From positions 144,400,001-144,464,000 of the forward strand of contig CM059432.1 in assembly GCA_030390025.1 (NCBI GenBank): a stretch of DNA of 64,000 bases. Direction: 5' to 3'. This document shows positions 37,191 through 49,944 of this stretch, in pieces. The DNA comes from Squalus acanthias. Lineage: Eukaryota. Within the stretch, counting starts at the first letter, position 1. Each line of letters starts with the position of its first letter. The notes under the pieces are model-generated. The model saw nothing but the letters and a program-made list of their open reading frames with translations, ran no database searches and had not been told where the DNA came from. The position numbers and the translations under genes were made by a program.

Positions 37191-37584
37191 TACCTCCTCC
37201 TCCCCAGGCTGTGTGGAGCACCAAAGTTTTTCAGGAAAGAATAAAAAAACGCTCTTTGGTTGCTGACTGAGGCCTTCTTATCTTGTTGATTGGAGAAAAG
37301 GCTGTCCAGGCTCCATTGCAGGAAAGAGATCGTGTGTGCTGCCATTTCTGGAATATGTGGAGAAGAAGCCAGTTGTGAGAGTTAACCATGCTATAGTGAG
37401 GCTGATTATAGGGTCATTCGGAGCCCTATAACATTTAGGAATGCTGTAGCTATCCTACTCATAGGACGATTACCACGAACATTATACTAATCATTCACTG
37501 AATTCTATTCTTTCTCAATACACCATGTCCAATAATAGCTATTGCTGCAAAAGCTCAGATGCAACTCTGAAGAGGATGAATATG

Positions 37585-37955
37585 AACATCGGAACAGGAG
37601 GTGGCCACTCAGCCCCTGGAGAAGGTTATGCCATTGAATTAGATCACGGCTGATCTGTATCTTAACTCCATCTTCCCAACTTGTTTCCGTACCTGAATAT
37701 CCTTCCCTAACAAAAATCTATCAATCTCAGTTTTGAAATTTTCAATTGTCCCCCAGCCTCAACAGCTTTTTGGGGGGGAAGAGTTCCAGATTTCCACTGC
37801 CCTTTGTGTGAAGAATTGCTTCCTGATATCACCCCTGAACGGCCTGGCTCTAATTTTAAGGTTCCGCCCCCCTTGTTCTGGACTCCCCCCACCAGAGGAA
37901 ATATTTTCTTTCTGTCTTCCCTATCAATTTGTTTAATCATCTTAAGCACCTCAAT
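37585..37955 (-). mobile_element. CR1 3' fragment
   Basis: Reverse complement of the 303-531 / 1555-1900 type sequence. Confidence 0.8.
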
Positions 37956-39280
37956 TAGGTGAATGATTTTGCACCAATGCTTGCTGATAAACCTCACTTC
38001 TGTGTTGTGAAGTTCATTCCGCTGCATGCTGACAGAAATGTTGGTAAACTAGCCACATTTCATCTACTGATGCTCGAGGTGGAACAATCTCCCCAAGTTC
38101 ATTTTATCTTCCAGACATGTTTTCAACAACTGAGGGAAGTATAAATAATTGCGGATATTATAAGTGTTTGTGTTATTGTAACCCAAAACCCTCCAGGATG
38201 GCATCCATTTTCTCCATGGTTGGGCAGGTGGTCTTCCTGTTCTGATAGGTGATGTCTATAGTTTGTACATGCACAGGGGCAGTGTTTGGTTGACCATTAG
38301 GCAAAAAGGTCTGTTTGACAGAATCCCAAGGAGAGACTAGCACATGGGATTAGAAAACAATACAAGTGGTTGATGTTCTGTTTTTAAAAGTGAACAATAT
38401 CGGTTAGCTGTACATTTCCAGAAAATGAACAGCCCAGAACCTGGAGCGCCTGTCGCTGCCGGCATGGAATAGTTACACCTGGGACTCCTCTGGATTTATC
38501 AGGAGCCCCAGTCACCAGGATGGTCATGCTGATTAATGAAGAAGTGTCCAAGCTTTTACCTATGAAGAATGTACTTACCATCCAGTTGCCCACATAAATA
38601 TCCAATGGCTCCTCGCGGACATAGATGGGTCATCACCAGGTGCAGCTGGTGAAAGCCCTGAGGTAATATCAGTCCAAGAGGGTCTATTGATAACAGGTGC
38701 TTTCTGCTCGGAACCCAGAGAATTTCTGTAGCTTTCCCAATGGGCTTTTATGTCTTTGAGCCTCGCATAATTACTTCCTGAATGAAGTATTTTGACATTT
38801 TGAACATTTCCGTTTTGAGGGATTCAGAGGCATCTAACATTGTGTGCAAATCCTCTAGACAACAAAATAGCTCGAGTGAGGTTGTTTTTGTTGGCTCTGG
38901 AACATAGTCCTGGAAATGTCATAAAGTATCTACCTCCATTAATAATATATTGCTTTGGAAGAACAGTATTGAACTTTGATTAAGGTGCCTTGAAATAGGA
39001 ATAGTCTTGGTGGTTTGCAGCGCCCGGGGATCATTGTGGGAGCATGGCCATTGGCTTGAAAACCCAGCACACAACCTGTACAGGGAGCTTCAATGGTGGA
39101 GAGTAGGATATCGGTAGATCCAGCTGGCTGCATCATTCAAAACTTTTTTTTACTTGTTGCAAGCAGTTGAAGTCCCCAAAAATATCTGTATTATTACACA
39201 AGTATTTCTGTCTGTGCTTCAGGTCAGAGCATGGTGCTGCAGGGTTTAACCCTGGCACAGTCCTCAAATCCCACAGTATA

Positions 39281-42200
39281 CAACAACAACCTGCATTATT
39301 ATATGGCGTGTTTAAAAGAGATAAACACCCCAAGATGCGTCGCAGAGGTGAAATCAGACAAAAAGTGGAAACCACGTCAAAGAAGGAGCTATTAGGAGGG
39401 GTGACTAAAAGCTTGGTGAAATAGAAGGGCTTTAAGGAGGAGAGGGAGTTGGAGAGGCAGAGAGGCTTACACAGGAAATTCTATGGCAGAGATCTGAGAC
39501 AGCAGAAGGCATGGTTGCTACTGTGAGACAGAGGGGAGAATAACCTGGGTCAGAGGAACACAGAGTTCTGGGGGGGCGGAGGGGGGGCTGTTGAGCTGGA
39601 GGAAGTTGCAGAGATAAGGAGGGATAGGCCATGAAGGGAATCAAACACAAGGTTGTGAATTTTAAATGAGAAGCTTTGGGGCGACTGAGAGCCATCGTAG
39701 GTCAGCAAGGACAAGGTGAGCAGGACTTGGTGTGGGATAGGATGCGGGCAGCAGTTTCAGATGAGCTGAAATTAATGTTAGATGAAACATGGAAGGCTGG
39801 ATAGGAGAGCATTGGAATCTGGATGTGACAAAGGCATGGATGAGGGTTTCAGCAGCAGATGGGCTGAGGCAGGTACGGAGACGAGCGATGTTACAGAGGT
39901 GGAAGTAGGCGGTCATTGTGCTGGGAGAGGATATGGGTCGGAAGGTCAGCTCGGGGTCGAATAGGACAGCGAGGTTGTGAACAGTCTGGTTCAACCTGAG
40001 ACAACGTCCAGGGAGGGGGATGGAATCGGTGGCAAGCGAACGGAGTTTGTGATGGGGGCTGAATATGATGTCTTTGGTCTTCCCAATGTTTAATTGGAGA
40101 AAATTGTGGCTCATCAGGGCTGGATGTTGGACTAGCAGTCCTGCCACATCCAGTCGTGAATGGTGGCAGACCATTAAACAACTAACGGGAGGAGGAGGCT
40201 CCATGAATATCCCCATCCTTAATGATGGTGGAGCCCAGCACGTGAGTGCAAAAGACAAGGCTGAAGCGTTTGCAACCATCTTCAGCCAGAAGTGCCGAGT
40301 GGATGATCCATATTGGCCTCCTCCTGAGGTCCCCACCGCCACAGAAGCCAGTCTTCAGCCAATTCGAGTCACTCCACGTGATAACAAGAAACGGCTGAGC
40401 GCACTGGATGCAGCAAAGGCTGTGGGCCCCGACAACATCCCGGCTATCGTGCTGAAGACTTGTGCTCCAGAACTAGCCGCGCCTCTAGCCAAGCTGTTCC
40501 AGTACAGCTATAACACTGGCATCTATCCGACAATGTGGAAAACTGCCCAGGTATGTCCTGCCCACAAAAAGCAGGACAAATCCAATCCAGCCAATTACTG
40601 CCCCATCAGTATACTCTCAATCATCAGCAAAGTGATGGAAGGTGTCGTCGACAGTGCTATGAAGCAGCACTAACTCACCAATAACCTGCTCACTGATGCC
40701 CACTTTGGGTTCCGCCAGGACCACTTGGCTCCAGACCTCATTACAGCCGTGGTCTAAACATGGATAAAAGAGCTAAATTCCAGAGGTGAGAGTGACTGCC
40801 CTTGACATCAAGGCAGCATTTGACCGAGTGTGGCATCAAGGAGCCCAAGTAAAACTGAAGTCAATGGGAATCAGGGGGAAAACTCTCCACTGGCTGGAGT
40901 CATACCTAGCACAAAGGAAGATGGTTGTGGTGGTTGGAGGTCAATCATCACAGCCTCAGTACATCGCTGCAGGAGTTCCTCAGGGCAGTGTCCTAGGCCC
41001 AACCATCTTCAGCTGCTTCATCAATGACCTTCCCTTCATCATAAGGTCAGAAGTAGGGATGTTTGCTGATGACTGCACAGTGTTCAGTGTCATTCGCAAC
41101 TGCTCAGATAATGAAGCAGTCTGTGCCCTGCATGCAGCAAGACCTGGACGACATTCAGGCTTGGGCTGATATGTGGCAGGTAACATTCAGACCACACAAG
41201 TGCCAGGCAATGACTATCTCCAACAAACGAGCGTCTAACCACTGCCCCTTGACATTCAATGGCATTACCATCACCGAATCCCCCACCATCAATATCCTGG
41301 GGGGTCACCATTGACCAGAAACTTAACTGGACCAGCCACATAAATACTGTGGCAACACGGACAGGTCAGAGGCTGGGTATTCTGCAGCGAGTGTCTCACC
41401 TCCTGACTCCCCAAAACCTTTCCCCCATCTACAAGACACAAGTAAGGAGTGTGATGGAATACTCTCCACTTGCCTGGATGAGTGCAGCTCCAACAATACT
41501 CAAGAAGCTCGACACCATGCAAGTAAAAGCAGCCCGCTTGATTGGCACCCCAACCACCACCTTAAACATTCACTCCCTCCACCACTAGCGTACCGTGGCT
41601 GCAGTGTGTACCATTTACAAGATGCACTGCAGCAACTCGCCAAGGCTTCTTCGGCAGCACCTCCCAAACCAGTAACCTCTACCACCTAGAAGGACAAGGG
41701 CAGCAGGCGCATGGGAACACCACCGCCTCCAAGTTCCCCTCCGAGTCACACACCATCCTGACTTGGAAGTATATCGCCGATCCTTCATCGTCGCTGGGTC
41801 AAAATCCTGGAACTCCCTCCTTAACAGCACTGTGGGAGTACCTTCCCCACAAGGACTGCAACAGTTCAAGAAGGCAGCTCACCACCATCTTCATAAGGGC
41901 AATTAGGGATAGGCAATAAATGTTGGCCTTGCCAGCGATGCCCACATCCCATGAACGAATAAAAAAAAAGCAGGGTGACAACACAGAGACAGTGGAGGGG
42001 TCGAGACAGGTGATGGAGAGATAGAGCTGAGTGTCGTCAGTGTAGCTGTGGAAGCTGACCCAATGTCTTTGGATGATGTCGCTAAGGTGCAGTATGTAGA
42101 GCAGGAAGAGGAGGGGGCCAAGGAGAACGATGAGGGTAGGAAGAGAAGCCAATGCTAGAGATGCTCTGGCTACGACTGGATAAGTAAAAGTGGAAACAAG

Positions 42201-42600
42201 CGAGGGCAGTCCCACTGAGCTGTACAGCGGAGGAGAGGTGTTGGAGGAGCATGGTGTGGTCAACCGTGTCAAAGGCTGCAGACAGGTCAAGGAGGGACTG
42301 TGCACCATGGTCATAGTCACAGAGGATGTCATTTGTGACTTTGATTAGGGCAATTTCAGTATTGCGGCAGGGGCAGAAATCTGATTAGAGAGATTCAAAC
42401 TTGGGAAGAGGGGTACGGCTTTGGGAGGTGGCAACATGTTCAAGGACTTTGCAGAGGAAAGGGAGGTTGAAGATTGGTGGTAGATTGTGAGGACATGGGG
42501 GTCGAGAGTGGGTTTTTGACTGGAGATTGTTGGAGGTGAGACTGGAGGAGCAGGGGAGAGGGGTTAAGGAGACGACTGGTAGTGGAGGAAGAAGCTGGGT
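39281..42600 (-). mobile_element. Old L2 LINE (39281-40138 + 41969-~42600) split by a younger LINE
   Basis: LGPLLF...[10 protein letters not shown] then NFLQLNIGKT...AETLIHAFVTSR; (TTG)n tail. Confidence 0.85.
40139..41969 (+). mobile_element. 5'-truncated CR1/L2-group LINE (RT pseudogene)
   Basis: GPDNIP, DIKAAFDRVWH, GVPQGSVLGP, FADD; poly(A) end; AGCAG duplicated at 40134-40138 / 41969-41973. Confidence 0.92.
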
Positions 42601-42669
42601 GTTAACTTTGATCTTAAGGATGATACCCATCTTAGCACAGGAATGCTGACATGGTACACTAGATACAAT

Positions 42670-42945
42670 TAGAGAATCACAGAATCTTACAGTGCAGGAG
42701 GCCATTCGGCCCATCATGTCTTTGCCGGCTCTTTGAAAGAGCAATCTCAGTAGCCCCACTCCCCTGCTCTTTTCCCTATAGCCCTGCACATTTGTTCTTT
42801 TCAAGTATTTCTCCAATTCCCTTTTGAAAGTTACCATTGAATCTGCTTCCACTGCCCTTTCAGGCAGTGCGTTCCAGATCATAACAACTTGCTGCGTAAA
42901 AAAATTCTCCTCATCTCCCCCCTTTCTTTTGCCAATTATCTTAAA
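42670..42945 (-). mobile_element. CR1 3' fragment
   Basis: MIWNALPERAVEADS...FKRELEKYL and tail GGCCGAATGGCCTCCTGCACTGT. Confidence 0.8.
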
Positions 42946-43218
42946 TAGTAGCAGTCTCTTTGGAAATAGCCTTAAAAGGCCTTAGTTTGCACCTGAATGT
43001 ATTAAAATGCTTACCCTCCCTGCTGTATACGCTGCCTACATGCGCATCAAGAACAGGAAGCTTGAGAAACTCGGCGTAACCACCAGCTGCAACCAAGCCT
43101 CCCCGGTACCACGGTTGCAACCACAGGGAAGTCCATCGTCAACCTGTCGGACCACACCCTTCAACCAGACGAAATCGAAGTTCTCGCCCTAGGGCTCAAG
43201 TTCTGCCCCACCACCAAA

Positions 43219-45363
43219 ATGGACCCCATCGGTCTCGCGGCGGACACAGAGGAATTCATCAGGAGAATGAGGATCCGGGAATACTACCACAAATCCCAAG
43301 ATGTCAGCAACATTCCTAATGAGACAATCAATGATCCGGAACAGCAGACAGAGGGAACCGCAGTGCTACAACCGAGGAAGAAAGAGTCAAATTGGACCCC
43401 TCCGGAGGGTCGCAGCCCTAAGCTTGACATGTATGCTCAAGCTGTCAGGAAATGCATCAACGCCAGATTCATCAGCCGTACTCACAAGACAGTCCAGAAT
43501 GTCACCCGAGCACAACGCAACGCCATCCACGCTCTCAAGACCAACCGCAACATCGTCATCAAACCAGCGGACAAAGGAGGAGCCATCGTCATACAGAACA
43601 GAATGGACTATTGCAAAGAAGCATACCGACAACTGGACAACCAGGAACACTACAGACAGCTACCCGCAGATCCGACCAAAGAACACACCCGCCAACTCAA
43701 TAGACTGATCAAGACCTTCGATCCAGACCTTCAAAACATCCTACGCGCTCTCATCCCACGTACTCCCCGCGTAGGAGACTTTTACTGCCTCCCAAAGATA
43801 CACAAAGCCAACACACCCGGACGTCCTATCGTATCAGGCAACGGAACCCTGTGTGAGAACCTCTCTGGGTACGTCGAGTGCATCCTGAAACCCATCGTAC
43901 AGGGAACCCCCAGCTTCTGTCGCGACACTACAGACTTCTTGCAGAAACTCAGCACCCATGGACCAGTTGAACCAGGAACACTCCTCGTCACGATGGACGT
44001 ATCGGCACTCTACACCAATATCCCCCACAATGACGGCATCGCTGCGACAGCCTCAGTACTCGACACCAACAACAGCCAATCTCCGGACGCCATCCTACAA
44101 CTCATCCGCTTCATCCTTGACCACAATGTCTTCACCTTCAACAACCATTTTTTTACCCAAACACACGGAACAGCCATGGGGACCAAATTCGTACCCCAAT
44201 ACGCCAACATCTTCATGCACAAGTTCGAGCAAGACTTCTTCGCTGCACAGGACCTCCAATCAACGCTGTACACCAGATACATCGACGACATCTTCTTCCT
44301 TTGGACCCACGGCGAAGGATCACTGAAAGGACTACACGATAGCATCAACAGGTTCCATCCCACCATCAAACTCACCATGGACTACTCCTCAGAATCGGTT
44401 TCATTCTTGGACACACGAATCTCCATCAAAGACGGACGCCTCAGCACTTCACTCTACCGCAAGCCCACGGACAACCTCACGATGCTCCACTTCTCCAGCT
44501 TCCACCCTAACCACGTTAAAGAAGCCATCCCCTATGGACAAGCCCTGCGAATACACAGGATCTGCTCAGACGAGGAGGAACGCGATGGACACCTACGGAC
44601 ACTGAAAGACGCCCTCGTAAGAACGGGATATGACGCTCGACTCGTCGATCGACAGTTCCGACGGGCCACAGCGAAAAACCGCATAGACCTCCTCAGAAGA
44701 CGAACACGGGACACAACCAACAGAGTACCCTACGTCGTCCAGTACTTCCCCGGAGCGGAAAAACTACGCCATGTTCTTCGCAGCCTTCAACATGTCATCG
44801 ATGACGACGAACACCTTGCTAAGGCCATCCCCACGCCTCCACTACTCGCCTTCAAGCAGCCGCCTAACCTCAAAAGTACCATCGTTCGCAGCAGATTACC
44901 CATCTTTCAGGAGAACAGCAACCACGACATCACACAACCCTGCCACGGCAACCTCTGCAAGACATGCCAGATCATGGACACAGATACCATCATCACACGT
45001 GAGGACACTACCCACCAGGTACATGGTACATACTCATGTGACTTGGCCAACGTTGTCTACCTGATACGTTGCAGTAAAGGATGCCCCAGAGCATGGTACA
45101 TCGGCGAGACCATGCAGACACTGAGACAACGTATGAACGGACACCGCGCAACAATCGCCAGGCAGGAGGGTTGCCTCCCAGTCAGGGAACACTTCAGCAG
45201 TCAGGGGCATTCAGCCTCGGATCTGCGGGTAAGCGTTCTCCAAGGCGGCCTTCGGGATACACGACAGCGCAAAATCATAGAGCAGAAACTGATAGCCAAG
45301 TTCCGCACTCATGAGGATGGCCTCAATCGCGATATCGGGTTCATGTCACGATACAGAACGTGA
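43219..45363 (+). CDS. PLE polyprotein: reverse transcriptase + CxxC linker + GIY-YIG endonuclease
   Basis: IKPADKGG, FYCLPKIHK, GRPIVS, MDVSALYTNIP, GTAMG, RYIDDIF, PCHGNLCKTC, VVYLIRC...YIGET, GLNRD; uninterrupted for 714 aa, frame open back to ~43066. Confidence 0.93.
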   Translation: MDPIGLAADTEEFIRRMRIREYYHKSQDVSNIPNETINDPEQQTEGTAVLQPRKKESNWTPPEGRSPKLDMYAQAVRKCINARFISRTHKTVQNVTRAQRNAIHALKTNRNIVIKPADKGGAIVIQNRMDYCKEAYRQLDNQEHYRQLPADPTKEHTRQLNRLIKTFDPDLQNILRALIPRTPRVGDFYCLPKIHKANTPGRPIVSGNGTLCENLSGYVECILKPIVQGTPSFCRDTTDFLQKLSTHGPVEPGTLLVTMDVSALYTNIPHNDGIAATASVLDTNNSQSPDAILQLIRFILDHNVFTFNNHFFTQTHGTAMGTKFVPQYANIFMHKFEQDFFAAQDLQSTLYTRYIDDIFFLWTHGEGSLKGLHDSINRFHPTIKLTMDYSSESVSFLDTRISIKDGRLSTSLYRKPTDNLTMLHFSSFHPNHVKEAIPYGQALRIHRICSDEEERDGHLRTLKDALVRTGYDARLVDRQFRRATAKNRIDLLRRRTRDTTNRVPYVVQYFPGAEKLRHVLRSLQHVIDDDEHLAKAIPTPPLLAFKQPPNLKSTIVRSRLPIFQENSNHDITQPCHGNLCKTCQIMDTDTIITREDTTHQVHGTYSCDLANVVYLIRCSKGCPRAWYIGETMQTLRQRMNGHRATIARQEGCLPVREHFSSQGHSASDLRVSVLQGGLRDTRQRKIIEQKLIAKFRTHEDGLNRDIGFMSRYRT

Positions 45364-45592
45364 CTTGACATCATGGCCGGTCTTTCCAGGTTTTTTTTAA
45401 AAAACTAACACAAGAACCAAACCCAAATGGAGAGGATATGCAGCCAGCAGGTGTTTTGACACGTTGGACCCCCTGGGACACATCTCATTGTCTTGGCTGT
45501 GCTCTTAGTGTGTCTTTGATGTAGGGAAAGATTTGAATACATTTTTGCTGTGTTTATATTGTGAATTCTGGGAGATTCTCTCACAGCTACCC

Positions 45593-45628
45593 TACCTGAA
45601 GAAGGAGCGACAGCTCCGAAAGCTTGTA
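45593..45628 (+). ncRNA. Minimal hammerhead ribozyme in 3'UTR of PLE family 1
   Basis: UAC-CUGAAGA-A-GGAGC(GACA)GCUCC-GAAA-GC-UU-GUA. Confidence 0.78.
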
Positions 45629-46547
45629 ATTTTAAATAAATCTGTTGGACTATAACCTGGTGTTGTGCGACTTCTCATTTCTGTATATATTGGGTTTAGA
45701 TATGCTTCCCCCACCAGGTTGCCTACCTTTGGACTCTGGTAGCAATTTACATTGGTTAGGTGAGATCTTTTGAATATAAGTTCATTTCCTCTCGCACATC
45801 AAGTCTCTAGGATGGAGATATCAAGAGCCAAGATTAGGAAAAATGAATGCCTTTAGGGTTCAATGGAATCACAACTTCTTCCTGCTCTGACCTCGATTCT
45901 CCCCTCTTCTTTCGTTTTACTCATTTCCAATCTCAGGAGATGACAATTGGTTTACTGGTGGAGCTCTGCCATAGGCCAACGCTTTGACTTTTCCAATCAC
46001 TTCTAGGATTCTGTGTTTGAATCTGTATATTACAAAGCTGTAGTTGGTAGGAAAACATTCGATGCATTATTCATTGCCCCGTGTGATGGGCGACCTCCTT
46101 ATATTTATGCCAATTCTGATTCAGGATTTGGGCAAAGGGTTTAACTTTATCCCCAGTGAGGCTGCAGGAAAACTGAAGAACACTCAAAAGGTTACAATAA
46201 AACGGGTGGATATCGGTCATGTGTTTGGGCATGAAAGTCTGGAACAAATGTTATTTCATTTTCACAGAAATCAGAAATAATAGTGCTGAAGAAGAGGAAG
46301 ACTGGAAGAGAGATGGCAGAACGCAGCAGTGAAGAACAGGATGAAATGAGCCACATAATGGGCTGGCCCAACAAAGTCTTAAAGGAGCAGGTAGCCTAAA
46401 TTTTGCTGTTGAAATCTGATAGGGATAAAGCTCACTATATGGACTACCAAGTCAAGAATTTCACCTCGCTGTTATCTTGTATTTTAATTTTGTTTGTGTG
46501 TTTTTGCAGTAACTTAAAAATGAGTGAAATAAACAAGTTAATAGACA

Positions 46548-46650
46548 AACTAACAACAGAAAATGCTGGAAACACTCAGCAGGCCAGGCAGCATCCATGG
46601 AGAGAGAAACAGAGTTAACGTTTCAGGTCTGGGACCCTTCGTCAGAACTC
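46548..46650 (-). mobile_element. Solo ~100-bp PLE family 2 end starting at its hammerhead (46613-46649)
   Basis: GAGUU-CUGACGA-A-GGGUC(CCA)GACCU-GAAA-CG-UU-AACUC; TAATAGACA on both flanks (46539-46547, 46659-46667). Confidence 0.75.
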
Positions 46651-47467
46651 AATAATAATAATAGACACGTCACTTTAGTTACATTACAACAATAGTACTG
46701 TATATAACTGGGGGGGAAACAAAATTGTTTTTATAAAAAGGAAAATAATTCATTTGTCTATTAAAGTGAAGCACTGGTTCTATAACTAGAACATTATTGG
46801 TTTCTGACACAACCTGGCAGAGTGTAAACACGAATGTAAAATCACAGTGAAACACGGGGATTCGACAGTACAGTTTCAAATATAATAGGCTATAAACGGA
46901 CTGATTCACATGTACAAAGACATCTGCAGCATGCAGTAGTAAATTCATCGATAAGAAGAACAAAAATGTGCCCAATGTACTCCAGGTTCAGCCAGGGTTA
47001 AAGTCAATAACAACTTCCCAACTGATCAGGCGTACCGTGGAGCTGTGCTGTAAGCTAGACGTTGGGCAAGAACATAAAGGGTAACTGTTAGTAAGATAAA
47101 ATTCTGTCTAACCAGAGGAAGGGGTGGACGCATATTGCTAGCCTTATCATCAAGACTAACTTTACAGTTTTAATAAAAGCCGATTTAAAAAAAATAAAGT
47201 CTTGTGCCAAATCAGATTTAGCAGCTCCTGCAGTGATCAGCGAGAGAGCGCCACAGCGGCCAAAATTTAAAGCATTCATTTTAAAGAGGCTGTTCTCGGT
47301 TGTCCCAGGAACAAACCGCAGGTCTAGAATTCCTGACTGAGGCAGTAACGGCCCTTTAAAACAGCAAGCCAAGTACCGAAGCAAAAGTGGCCATTAATTT
47401 GACAGAAACAAACTCTCCTGCTTACCTTAGTCTAGTGAAGAGCCCATCAAACTCGATCATTCCCGAC

Positions 47468-49753
47468 ATGGACAGCGCCCCGTGTTGTACATGGACAGCG
47501 CCCCGTGTTGTACATGGACAGCGCCCCGTGTTGTACATGGACAGCGCCCCGTGTTGGATATGGACAGCGCCCCGTGTTGTACATGGACAGCGCCCCGTGT
47601 TGTACATGGACAGCGCCCCGTGTTGTACTTGGACAGCGCCCCGTGTTGGACATGGACAGCGCCCCGTGTTGTATATGGACAGCGCCCCGTGTTGTATATG
47701 GACAGCGCCCCGTGTTGGACATGGACAGCGCCCCGTGTTGGACATGGACAGCGCCCCGTGTTGGACATGGACAGCGCCCCGTGTTGGACATGGACAGCGC
47801 CCCGTGTTGGACATGGACAGCGCCCCGTGTTGGATATGGACAGCGCCCCGTGTTGGATATGGACAGCGCCCCGTGTTGGATATGGACAGCGCCCCGTGTT
47901 GTATATGGACAGCGCCCCGTGTTGTACATGGACAGCTCCCCGTGTTGTACATGGACAGCGCCCCGTGTTGGATATGGACAGCGCCCCGTGTTGTACATGG
48001 ACAGCGCCCAGTGTTGTATATGGACAGCGCCCCGTGTTGTACATGGACAGCGCCCCGTGTTGTACATGGACAGCGCCCCGTGTTGTACATGGACAGTGCC
48101 CCGTGTTGTACTTGGACAGCGCCCCGTGTTGGACATGGACAGCGCCCCGTGTTGTATATGGACAGCGCCCCGTGTTGTATATGGACAGCGCCCCGTGTTG
48201 GACATGGACAGCGCCCCGTGTTGGACATGGACAGCGCCCCGTGTTGGACATGGACAGCGCCCCGTGTTGTACATGGACAGCGCCCCGTGTTGTACATGGA
48301 CAGCGCCCAGTGTTGTATATGGACAGCGCCCCGTGTTGTACATGGACAGCGCCCCGTGTTGGATATGGACAGTGCCCCGTGTTGGATATGGACAGCGCCC
48401 CGTGTTGGATATGGACAGCGCCCCGTGTTGGATATGGACAGCGCCCCGTGTTGGAAATGGACAGCGCCCCGTGTTGTACATGGACTGCGCCCCGTGTTGT
48501 ACATGGACAGCGCCCCGTGTTGGATATGGACAGCGCCCAGTGTTGTATATGGACAGCGCCCCGTGTTGGATATGGACAGCGCCCCGTGTTGTATATGGAC
48601 AGCGCCCCGTGTTGGACATGGACAGCGCCCCGTGTTGGATATGGACAGCGCCCCGTGTTGGACATGGACAGCGTCCCGTGTTGGATATGGACAGCGCCCC
48701 GTGTTGGATATGGACAGCGCCCCGTGTTGGATATGGACAGCGCCCCGTGTTGGATATGGACAGCGCCCGTGTTGGATATGGACAGCGCCCCGTGTTGGAT
48801 ATGGACAGCGCCCCGTGTTGGATATGGACAGCGCCCCGTGTTGGATATGGACAGCGCCCCGTGTTGGATATGGACAGCGCCCCGTGTTGGATATGGACAG
48901 CGCCCCGTGTTGGATATGGACAGCGCCCAGTGTTGTATATGGACAGCGCCCCGTGTTGGATATGGACAGCGCCCCGTGTTGTATATGGACAGCGCCCCGT
49001 GTTGTATATGGACAGCGCCCAGTGTTGTATATGGACAGCGCCCCGTGTTGGACATGGACAGCGCCCCATGTTGTATATGGACAGCACCCTGTGTTGGACA
49101 TGGACAGCGCCCTGTGTTGTATATGGACAGCGCCCTGTGTTGTATATGGACAGCACCCTGTGTTGTATATGGACAGCGCCTCGTGTTGGACATGGACAGC
49201 GCCCCGTGTTGGATATGGACAGCGCCCCGTGTTGTATATGGACAGCGCCCCGTGTTGTATATGGACAGCGCCCCGTGTTGGATATGGACAGCGCCCCGTG
49301 TTGGATATGGACAGCGCCCCGTGTTGGATATGGACAGCGCCCCGTGTTGGATATGGACAGCGCCCCGTGTTGGATATGGACAGCGCCCCGTGTTGGATAT
49401 GGACAGCGCCCCGTGTTGGATATGGACAGCGCCCCGTGTTGGATATGGACAGCGCCCCGTGTTGGATATGGACAGCGCCCCGTGTTGGATATGGACAGCG
49501 CCCCGTGTTGGATATGGACAGCGCCCCGTGTTGGATATGGACAGCGCCCCGTGTTGGATATGGACAGCGCCCCGTGTTGGATATGGACAGCGCCCCGTGT
49601 TGGATATGGACAGCGCCCCGTGTTGGATATGGACAGCGCCCCGTGTTGGATATGGACAGCGCCCCGTGTTGGATATGGACAGCGCCCCGTGTTGGATATG
49701 GACAGCGCCCCGTGTTGGATATGGACAGCGCCCCGTGTTGGATATGGACAGCG
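47468..49753. repeat. 23-bp CpG-containing minisatellite (~99 copies)
   Basis: Unit ATGGACAGCGCCCCGTGTTG[G/T]A[T/C]. Confidence 0.97.
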
Positions 49754-49944
49754 GTGGAACATCTGAGCTGCGCAAAGTAGAACACAAGGGAAACCAGCGG
49801 GAAGGTCAACGGGGGGTCGCTGCTGCGTGCCTCCTAGAGCTGGGTTCCGAGCAACATTACCGGAACATTCACTCCTCAGGCTGCTACCCTTTACTCCTGA
49901 CTTCATGCTGAAACTGGGTGCAAATACCCTCAGAGAGGTAAAAC

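Larger units (their letters stand above)
43031..45678 (+). mobile_element. Penelope-like retroelement, family 1 (5'-truncated)
   Basis: RT + GIY-YIG ORF, upstream IVNLS...LGLKFCP motif, 3'UTR hammerhead. Confidence 0.95.

Noticed and set aside
38520..38825. Open minus-strand frame ending at a GTAAGT donor-like site
   Set aside because: No convincing acceptor and no recognisable peptide.
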